A stretch of DNA of 63,806 bases, filler included, from Choristocarpus tenellus KU-1152 (lineage: Eukaryota; Protista; Phaeophyceae): NCBI GenBank assembly GCA_964200185.2. It is 10 parts of 10 records of this genome, joined end to end, with 100 filler letters (N's around TTAATTAATTAA, not from the genome) between each part and the next. Parts side by side here need not be neighbours in the genome. Positions count along the whole stretch, not along the records: positions 48,540 to 54,383 come from CAXNAD020009614.1; positions 54,484 to 61,161 come from CAXNAD020007586.1; positions 61,262 to 63,806 come from CAXNAD020026892.1; 7 more parts are not named here. One strand, 5' to 3'. A model generated the notes under the pieces. It worked only from the letters and a program-made list of their open reading frames with translations. It ran no database searches and was not told the DNA's origin. Of the stretch, positions 53,824 to 63,806 are shown in pieces (the stretch's first letter is position 1; the number at the start of each line of letters is the position of its first letter). Both the position numbers and the translations under genes were made by a program.

Positions 53824-55197
53824 GTGTGATTTGATTGGCTGTCGGAAGTGGTGGGTTGATTGTTTTGATTGACTACAGGCGCATGTGGTGGGATTGCATG
53901 TAGAACATGCACCCTTTTTTGTCCTGGGAAAACATGTTTGTCAATTTTTTGTCTTTTTTTTTTAGGTTTCGTGGTTCACGCTGTCACATTGTTTCCAAGA
54001 ATTTTATACTGTCTCAAATTAAGGGCTCAAATTAAAGGGTGGTTGGTGCCCCCGGGGGTCCTCCGAGTCTCAGTCAACTGCAGTCACTGGCTCCGTTTGA
54101 TAAGTAGTTGAAATCGTTCTGTTCTCTCCTCCAGGTTGTGGGAGCGCCTGAACCAAAGGTTCGAGAATCACTGCATTTTTTTTTTTCAAGTTTTTTGCAT
54201 TTGTTGTATCGTAAGAGGCGTGGGTGAAGCGGATGATACCTTGCTTCATTTTTCTTTTAATTTTTGTTTTGTGTTTGGCAGGCGGTTCACTCTTGTCGCA
54301 GTCCCTTCTCTTTAACTCTTAACATGCATTAAGTGTTTCGGCGCAATGTGGCGAGGGGGGGGGGGGAACCAACCAAGACTACGNNNNNNNNNNNNNNNNN
54401 NNNNNNNNNNNNNNNNNNNNNNNNNNNTTAATTAATTAANNNNNNNNNNNNNNNNNNNNNNNNNNNNNNNNNNNNNNNNNNNNCAAAAATCGCGACATGA
54501 AAAAATTGACCCCAAATGGACAGTCGCCACCCCCTCCCCCCCCAGATACTTTGAGCCTCTGGTGGCCATTGTGAATTAGGTGTAACTTCAAACAAATACT
54601 GAGAGAAAATCGGGTGCTAATGCAGCAAGTATTGTTCATGTCTCTTGAAAAAATCGATACATTTTATGTTTTACTATTAGGATGTTGCTTGTTGGAACAC
54701 ATACAGAACACCCTGAGCAGGTTCGAGCTAGGAAGGTGACCTGGACGGGAGGGGTGAACTCTTTTTGCTTCCAAGATACCATAGCCATCTCATTATCGGC
54801 TATTATAGTTAGTATGAGCTGAGGATCCTACATAATATAGCCCTTTTTGAAAGGGCTGGTCGCAGGAGACCGTCCACCTTCGACATAGAGAGAAATTGCA
54901 TTCTTCTTTGAGAGAAGGACTCGATACAATGAATTAGTCAGAGGGCCAGTTCATTTCTCAAATTAATGAACCATGTGATGATGCCCTAGTCAAGAAATAC
55001 TACTGAAGGGACAAATGATATCTTGAAGTCAAGATGGTATTATAGCTGTATGCCAGACATGGTCTCATATCTATAATGTCCTAATGTCTGTGAAAGTGCA
55101 AAAAAATGCCATGTACTGAAAGTTCGCACAATGAACCAATCAGAGCAGCCAAAAAAGTACAGCTAGTCTCACATAGAATTTGATATATCCCAACAGT

Positions 55198-55455
55198 GAG
55201 TGAAAGTATCTTAGAGGGTACGATTTTTGCCCTGTTTGTCCATATGGGACTTGGCTTTCCCCAGGCGTTTTAAGACTTTTTCCTACTCCGATATGTTTCA
55301 GAGTAGGTAAAATTTGCACGTGATGAAAAGATGTGTCCAGAACAAGGATATTGACACTTCCTCAAAAACATGATAGTCAAAATTACATCAAAATCAGAAC
55401 ATTCGAATTTGACCCCGAAATGGACGCGGCTCTACCCTCTAAGATACTTTGGCTC
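55198..55455 (+). mobile_element. MITE family A, full copy
   Basis: GAGTGAAAGTATCTTAGAGGGTA...TACCCTCTAAGATACTTTGGCTC, flanked by AGT on both sides. Confidence 0.9.
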
Positions 55456-55487
55456 AGTACTACTAGCATGACCAATCTGTCTCACAG

Positions 55488-58400
55488 GAGCTTACGCCGG
55501 GACAAGATGATGGAGGCAATGCAGGCATTTGTCGTTGATGTGATGGGTAGGGAGTTTGTAGAACCTCCTACGTTCAACCTGAGGGTGTGCTACGAGGATT
55601 CATCTGTGGCTACACCGCTCATCTTTGTGCTCAGTACCGGTTCCGACCCAAACAAGGTAAGAAGCAGTCAGTGTGTTCATCCAACCTGCATCAAGTGCCT
55701 TACCTATATTGACACACTCGATACTGCTGTATAGCAGCATTTTCACATGCTGTTGTTCATACATCATTGCATGACATATGTGCATATGTGGTCAAACCTC
55801 ATCTATTCTCCATGATACATGTCCCTCTGCCAAAACATATCTCCTTAGGACTTGCTCCAACTGGCGGAAGACATGGGCATGACCAACAGACTACGGAGCA
55901 TCGCCTTGGGGCAGGGTCAGGGGATCATTGCAGCAAGAATGGTAGAGGAGGTACAAATAAAAAGAAGAAGAATCCAGTTGCACCATCAGTGACGATGCCC
56001 CCCCCGTGTCAGTACTTCATTGTTAGTCATACCTTGAGAGACACCCAAGTTGGAACTCCTGACTGCTGGTTGATTAGAAAGAAAAATGATCAAATATGCA
56101 AATATGGGAATACGCAAAACCCAAATATTTAGTGTTGTGAACCGAGAGAATTTATGGTTTAAAAAAAAAAATTGATAGCAAGAATATTCGATTAATCAGG
56201 TTGAACTATCGGCGCACAAAGCAACGAGTGTGAAACACGGGCAGATAGCTGAATAGCATATGACATTGTCAACAATAACTACCAAGCCTCCACAGGTCTC
56301 AGCGCACAGATCCAGAGTCATGAAAGCTAAAAAGAGTACTGAGTTGTGAGTACTGGCACTTTGAGAAAAAAAAAACATTTCAAAACATGCGGTTTTGAAA
56401 CCTCAAATGTGTTCTGCAGTCACACTTCTGCGTGTGTATTGTGATTCATTTTTTTTTTAAACACGAAAAACTGAACTTTTCAGAATTTTTTTCTTGGTAA
56501 TTCGATTATTCGATCAAATTGAGCCGAAGTCAATTGAACTGTCACAATTCACAACACCAAAAAAATGTGCGGAACGAAAATTTGGAACATCTGTGGCAGC
56601 AATAGTATTTGCGATATCTGTGATGAAACTATGAAAAACAGGGTGGTCTCTGATGGCCTGCGACTCAGTCCATCCATTGGTGTACAGTAATACATGAAAA
56701 TGAGTAATACATTTAATTATGTTACAGTACGAATGCTGCAGGGCATTATACTTTCTTCTTTTTTTCAAAAGCACAACAAAAACCTGAATATTTCCATTCT
56801 CTACGAATAGCACAACTTCCCCTGCAATGCTTTTCAGCAGCCTCATCACCATGAACACCACTTCTATACCCTCTGTGAGTCTTCCCTCGCGGTGATCTCA
56901 ACCCCATCGCATCACACTTCCTCTTCTCCTGTTAGGGAATATCTGAGGGCAACTGGGTACTCCTGCAGAACTGTCACCTGAGTATATCGTGGATGCCAGA
57001 GCTGGAACGAATATGTGAAGAGATCTCACCTGAACAAACACATACTGACTTCCGTCTATGGCTCACTTCCATGCCCAGCAAGGCCTTCCCAACTGCCATC
57101 CTGCAGGTGCTTGTGTACTAGATTTTGAATTCTGTAGTATTTTATGTCCATACAGCATTAGAGTGTGATAGACAAGGCACAAACATAGAGGAATGAGAAT
57201 GGAGACATATATGCTCATTGTACAACCTAAAAACACTTGCATGGAACAAAATCCTCAGGGAGGAGTGAAGATGACCAAGGAGCCGCCCAAGGGATTGAGG
57301 GCAAATCTACGTTCCACATACACTAAGATGGATGATGACAAGCTCCAAAGGACTTCAAAACCAGAGGACTTCCGAAAAATGCTTTTTGGTACTACAAACT
57401 TCCATATTGTGCCAATTGAATTAACTCAATTATGGGAATTTCTGCTGCCTTCTGACAATTTAAATGGCGTGGTGGCCGAACTAGTGAAAAAAAATGTCAA
57501 ACCGGCCCAAACCATTTAAGTGGGTAGGGGCTGCGACAATTTATATTGGTATCATAAATCCATTGTTGCGATTTTGATGAATTTTGGCTATGGTGTTTGT
57601 TAGCAAGTGTCAATATCCTTGCTTCGGACACTCCTTTCATAGTTGTATATATTTTGGGTAACTGTGTTCACACAGAAACAGAAAAAGAGCATACAAATCC
57701 CATTTAAAGCCAAGCACCGAACTGACAAACAGGGCAAACTCCTACTCTCTTAAATGCTTCAACTCACCAAGAGTCTCTCATGCCACACACAATGATGAAG
57801 TCCACAAAGAGTCAACACCATTTACAGCAATATAGAGGTGTTACAAGTACTGAGCACCCTCCATCAAATATGATACAGCTACTCAAGAGCAGCATTTTGC
57901 CGTGTCTTTCAGAGATTGGGCAATTTTAGCAAGCTGCCCATTAGACATCATTTTTTTTTTATGTCTATACATTGAATTGTCTCTGATGCAGGAGTAAAAG
58001 TATCTTAGAGGGTACGAGTTTTGCCCTGTTTGTCAGTTTGGGAGTCACTTCCCACAGTTTTTTTTTTTATGACTTTTTCCTACTCCGAAATGTAATTGGA
58101 GTAGGTAAAATAAGAATATATGTTATGAAAAGATGTGTCGGGAACAAGGATATTGACACTTCCTAATGAACACAATGGCCAAAATTACATAAAATTGCGA
58201 CATTGCATTTTGGCCCCCAAACGGACGCGGCTCTACCCTAACCCTAAGATACTTTTGGCTACATAAGGGTGCATGAAAGTGAAAGCGGGTAGACAAATTG
58301 CATGTATTCAAAATGTTAAAGATGAAATTTACTATGTAGTGTTTCAATGTACAGTTGCGGCTCGCATCATGCATTATCTCAAGCGCTCTCAAGTGTTAAT

Positions 58401-59789
58401 ACTGAAATTAATTAAGCGCTACCGGTACGATCATCGTGCAACATGTTTTTATTTTGTCCCGCAGAGGTTGTGAATGTTAAACTATTCTAATGAGTAGGTA
58501 TTATTCCTCAAATGAAAAAGAATAATGTGGACCACGCAATACCCCCACCGCTGCCTTCAGGGCTCTGCTTCTTCCACGCCATTGTCGTTGAGCGCAAGAA
58601 GTTTGGACCTTTGGGGTGGAATGTGCCCTACGAGTTCAATGAGACTGACCTCGACATTTGCATTGCTCAGCTGGAGATGTATGTTGACCAGTATGTTGTC
58701 ATACCTTACCAGGTGAGAAGGCTGGCTTTACGTGAGCTCTGTTTTCTTGCAACAGAGAGGTTTGTGTTTTCAGGCAAATCGATGAGATTTTGGGGGTGGA
58801 AAGAAAAGGAGATATTGCCAAACATGGCATATCAGTATACTTGCAGGCTAATCCATGTTATTACTTCAGGAGTGACAGTGCAAGAAAGAACACTGTACAG
58901 ATGAGAAGTAACTTGATGACTATTCCGAAAAAATGTATGCAGTGATGAACACCTTTGCTCTTCGAGACTTGATGTGGAAGAATTAATGTTTTCTACCTCT
59001 ATACTCACTACAGTAAGTGCAGAGGCAAACTGCTGATACCATGCTCGCCTCCTACCCCTCCACCTCGATTGTTACAACCTATGTGTAATCTGTGGATTAA
59101 TTAGGTTCTGCGCCAATTAACAAGTGTGGTGAACTATGGTGGTCGAATTACTGATGACAAGGACATGCGCACCTCAGATATAATCATCGCAGGATTCTAT
59201 ACTCCCGAGGTCTTGAATAAGGGATTTGCCTTTAGCAGATCAGGAAGGTATGTATTCAACTTCTCAGATCCCCCTACCTGTTGAGGACTCTGTACATACA
59301 TATTTTTCCGAGGTCTTGAAAAGGGATTTGCCTTAAAGAGATAGGGATGTAAGTGGTTAGACTCTCAGATCCCCCTGGCTACTCAGGACTCTATTTTTTT
59401 GTCTTTACCTTGCATGACCCCACCATGCGGTGCTCATCACGGTCAGGTATGCCACATCCACACCACTGTGCTTTTCTTAAATTAAGTTGTGCTTCATCCA
59501 CATTGCCTCATATCAAAAATGATCCAGTGAGAGCATATTCTGTTATTGGATTGGAGATTGTAGGGATGGGAAGATGCAAAATAATAAAACAGTAACGAAG
59601 GCCCCGTACAAAAAGTGGCAGTCCCCTCTTGGATTTTTGGCAATCTTGCTCCCCCAGGATCCCAAACACCTGATGCCTCTTTCTCACTCTATCTTGCACA
59701 GGTATGTCTCCATAGAATCCAACAGGGATAGTCCAGCCAAGAGCTACATGGACTATCTGGAATCCTTACCTCTTAATGCCGAGCCAGAG
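55488..59789 (+). CDS. Axonemal dynein heavy chain, internal part (AAA6 and lid); exons 55488-55656, 55849-55950, 56936-57106, 57259-57388, 58561-58712, 59105-59247, 59702-59789
   Basis: Motifs [71 protein letters not shown] and [11 protein letters not shown]. In-phase GT-AG introns. Confidence 0.95.
57515..57766 (-). mobile_element. MITE family A, degenerate intronic copy
   Basis: TTGTTGCGATTTTGATG...AAGTGTCAATATCCTTG...GACAAACAGGGCAAACT. Confidence 0.7.
57992..58260 (+). mobile_element. MITE family A, intronic copy with a CCCTAACCCTAA right TIR
   Basis: Both TIRs and the family internal sequence. Confidence 0.9.
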
Positions 59790-60161
59790 GTGAGACTTGA
59801 TGTACCTGCACAGTGCCGATACCAAACACTCACCCTGTAAATGTTACACCTCTCAGTTCATTCTTTGCTGTTACGTATGGGTGACACACATGTAGAGTAC
59901 TGAGGCTAACAGTGGTTAATTACAGTGTAAGGGCAAGGACTTGATGTGAGGAGGGGCATTGTCTGTGACCCAGGAGGTGGACAACCGTCTAGTCAATTAA
60001 AATGGAAATTCTAAAGTGGTAAGAGGACGTAATTATGGGACATGCTGATTCAATTTGAGAAGCACTATAGCAGAATCAACCCTGTAGGAATCAAGGCAGA
60101 GTGATATTTTTTATTTTTTAATTATTATTTCTATCATTCATGCTCTTCTGATACTATTATT

Positions 60162-60429
60162 GAGTGAAACGTATCTTGGAGTTAGGGCACGAGTCTTGCC
60201 CTGTTTGTCCGTTTAGGGCTTGGCTTCCCATGGGGGATTATATGGCGTTTTCCTACTCCAATATGTTTCGGAGTGGATAAAATGTGTAAGTTATGAAGAG
60301 TTGTGTCCGGAACAAGGATATTAACACTCCCGAACAAACACGATAGCCAAAATTACATGAAAATCATGATATTGGATTTTGGCCCCCAACTGGACGCGGC
60401 TCTACCCTAACCCTAAGATACTTTAACTC
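60162..60429 (+). mobile_element. MITE family A copy
   Basis: Both TIRs (right one TACCCTAACCCTAAGATACTTT) and the central hairpin. Confidence 0.9.
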
Positions 60430-60731
60430 TTTATTGTTATTATTTTTAGCGTATGTTTAGGTCAAGATTATGATTGCAAATTTCTGTCCAAGTGCCCAGC
60501 TCACCTCTGAACGGAGAGTATTGTTATTTACTACAACTATTTTCCATCCAATACTATTTCAAAAAAGACGAACCCCAAAGTGGTATCTACTCATATTTTC
60601 TCCTGTAAGGCAACGGGAGGCACAGCTACCCTAATTCAACCACATTATGTGACAACAACATCACTGTTCCAGCACAAAGAGGCCAACTCCTTTGAATTGG
60701 AGATTGGCCGAGAATGCTTGGTTTTAGGTTT

Positions 60732-60990
60732 GAGTGAAAGTATGTTAGGGTTAGGGTACGAATTTTGGTCTGTTTGTCCATTTGGGGCTTGGCATTCCAC
60801 GGGTATTTTATGACATTTTCCTACTCCGATATATTTCGGAATAGGTAAAATGTATACATTGTGAAAGGGTGTGTTCGGAACAGATGTATTGACACTTCCT
60901 AACAAATACGATAGTCAAAATTACATCAAAATCGGAACATTAAATTTTGGGATCAAATGGACGCGACTCTGCCCTCTAAGACTCTTTCAA
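60732..60990 (+). mobile_element. MITE family A copy; a further truncated copy lies at 61085-61161
   Basis: Left TIR AAAGTATGTTAGGGTTAGGGTAC, right TIR GCCCTCTAAGACTCTTT. Confidence 0.9.
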
Positions 60991-61261
60991 TATGACTTCC
61001 GAGTTTGAAGTTGATTTTAGGAAATAGTATGCACATTGTATGCAATAATCAACAAGATTGAAGATCATAGGCCTAAGGTTATGAAGTGAAAGTATCTTAG
61101 AGGGTACGAATTTTGCCCTGTTTGTCCATTTGGGGCTTGGCTTCCCTCGGGATTTTTAATGNNNNNNNNNNNNNNNNNNNNNNNNNNNNNNNNNNNNNNN
61201 NNNNNTTAATTAATTAANNNNNNNNNNNNNNNNNNNNNNNNNNNNNNNNNNNNNNNNNNNN

Positions 61262-63060
61262 CTCAACCCCACAGCAGTTCTCACACCACCCAACACCACT
61301 CCACAATCATCCAAGAACACCCCTTCATGATCCACTTCAAACCGTGCCTTTGAGCTAAAAGGCATCTACCCTGCCGGAACTTGACCTCCCCTCCCCTTGG
61401 TTGATTTCTTCTATATAATTCCCTTACCTCCTGCCCTGGTTGGACCCAATCCTTCCTACTCTCTGCCAAACCCTTTAACACCCACACTGGGTCCTTCTGG
61501 TTAGCCCTTATATATACCATAAAAGCCTTCGACTTCCATCTTCCCTCCCGCTTTATTACCACTTCTGATACCCCCATGCTTGCCAATCTCGTGGCTCCCC
61601 CTATCCTGCCCGAATGCAAGGCGTACTCTTCTGGTCTTAGCCTAAGTTCCTTTATTATTCTCCTCAAGCACATGTTGCTTGGCCCCTCGTGATCATTCTC
61701 CACCCCCCTTGCCTACACGTCATCGGAGGGGCGTCCGGGGGGAGTTCTGGGAAACATTCCATAATAGCCATTACTACCTCCCAACCTCCCATACTTTCTT
61801 CTCCCCATTCTTTCCCTACCTTGTATCTTGTCAACACTGCTCCTTTTCTACCCTGGTCCCCTTTTGTTCCTGTGAACGTTACCTCTACTTTTTCTGCCTC
61901 GTGTCTATCTTCCTAACTTAATCTTTTTACTCCCTTCCTCAATATCACGTCCCTCCTTCTTACCGCGAAATCTCCATGAACTCCTCCCCCTTCGTCATAG
62001 GCCCACAACTTTGAAGCTCTAGCTAGAAAGAAGAACGAAAAACCCAAACCTGGCCTTGTCAAATTACCTTCCCTACCTAGTATTTCAGTGCATTACTTTG
62101 TCTCTACAATCATTCTCCATGTCAGGGGTCTCCTCTTCCTGGGCTCACTTCCTACTTTTGTGTGGCTCCTCCCTATTCCTTTGAGTACGGATTGGATAAT
62201 GAAATGTAGTGTGGGGAGCTGGAGGTTAAGGAAATGTTTATGGTAGTATTGGATTGCTGCTATCTTACCCTTAACTGTGCTTACTTGGTTCCCCCTACTC
62301 CCACAACAGAAATACATGAACTCCGATAGGGCCTTTACTACCTCTATCTCTCTACTCCCAGGGTCTAACCACCTACTCAATCTCCTATATGTGCTGAACT
62401 CAGACTATTGGTCCCAAGCTGCCTCACATTACTTCTGAGTAGATGGCGTAACCGATCCTCTGGCGTACAATGCTGAAAGGCACTCAAACACACCATCTTC
62501 CCTTCCCGACCCAAGGGCTGCTCCTGCCAATCAATGCGTGGGCAAACACGTTGGAGGTTAGGTTGAATTTCATCCCTCTTCCACCTCGATATACCATCTG
62601 CTAAGTCATTCTGCTTACCCGCAAAATTTTCCGCTGCAAATGACCGTTCACCTGTAATCTCCAACATCCCCATTATTCTCATCAACCCCCCTGCCCTCCT
62701 ATCCTTTGCCCCCCCACACTTACGGAACCAATGCACTGCAGAGCAGTTGTCCCCTCTAAGCAACACTGGGTCTCCCTTCTTCCCTGCCCTCCCCTTTATC
62801 TTCATGACCAGTATCCATGCATTCATAACCATTCCTAGTAACTCTAAGACATCGATTGATATACTCCCCCCTTCTCCTTTTATCACACTACGCATAATAT
62901 CCTTCTTCAAGTGTTCTGGGAATTCGTATTTCCACCACTTACCCGTCTCTACGTTTTACCCTCCTACTGCTGAAAAACATGCATCTGAATATCATGTCGT
63001 ACTTGGGGGCCTTGACACAAAACACAAAAACGGGGAACTCAAGTTTTCTCCCTCCTCAGC
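61262..63060 (-). mobile_element. Decayed tyrosine-recombinase retrotransposon (DIRS/Ngaro-like): RNase H followed by tyrosine recombinase
   Basis: RNase H motifs SDACFSAVGG, IDVLELLG, LRGDNCSAV and NDLADGISR. Recombinase motifs FFFLARAS, HSGRIGGAT and GRWKSKAFMVYIR. Several frameshifts and stops. Confidence 0.85.
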
Positions 63061-63806
63061 CAGACCATGAAGCATAACTGCTTCAATGCGAAGAACAGGT
63101 GATTGGGCAAGGAAATATAATGTCCCTCCTTATTCTATCGTGAACGGGGCAGAAATGAAATGAATGTCACTTCCAGGCCCTAACATATCAGTAGGCAGCA
63201 TTGGGGATCCAGTGGAGGAGGAAATCTGGAGGGAAAACCTCCTTCCAACGTCTGCTCTGACAAAAAATATGGTCGCGTGACACCCGCACCCCACGGCACT
63301 CACTCTACATTTGACTCAACCTTCAAGTGAAAATCTCCTACAGCAGCGTCTCACACTGGCGTCAAAAATAGGGTACTGTCTAAAAGGATTCCCCATTTCA
63401 AAACCATGGAACACAAAGAAATACAGACGCAAAAGTAATGTCCCACAATCACAGAGGAAGAGGGTGCTGCCAGATACAGGCATTCCCTCCTTGAGGATTA
63501 TGAGCATATAAACAAATTAAGACAAGAAAATTCTAAAAAAATACATTAGCAGGGTGCTGTCATAGAAAGACTCCACCCCTTCAAAACTATCGACACAAAT
63601 GCAGACATAAAATCACAGTAGCACTGAACTTGGGTACTACCATAGACTCTCCCCTTCAAAACTATAATACAAACAACTACAGGACACCAAGAAGCTCAAA
63701 GTATCTGGAGGGGGGGGGGGGGGGGGGGGGGGTTTTGATAAAGCGGGCGCGTTCGGGGAAGGGTGCGGAAAGGAGTTTTTTCGCATCGCTTTGGCTACGT
63801 GACCAA

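Overview
Eukaryotic, intron-rich nuclear DNA, not prokaryotic. The window is ten contigs joined by nine artificial 100-bp spacers (N44-TTAATTAATTAA-N44), so neighbourhood across spacers means nothing. Gene style, TTAGGG motifs, an axonemal dynein and the retroelement types suggest a stramenopile, probably a brown-alga-like ochrophyte; this is inference. Genes spliced by hand: a complete 5-exon APC10 and partial DUS2-like, type I DnaJ, PEX14 (with a PUB-like C-terminal region), axonemal dynein heavy chain and two orphan genes. Mobile DNA is dense: two related MITE families (about 12 and 11 copies or fragments), a third TIR family enclosing an RLE-type retrotransposon fragment, a 724-bp Stowaway-like foldback element and a decayed tyrosine-recombinase retrotransposon. 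The most unexplained feature is a tandem array of about 25 diverged 119-bp units (37204-40131). Each unit folds into three hairpins, with compensatory base changes between copies. A candidate minimal hammerhead ribozyme sits at 2043-2139.
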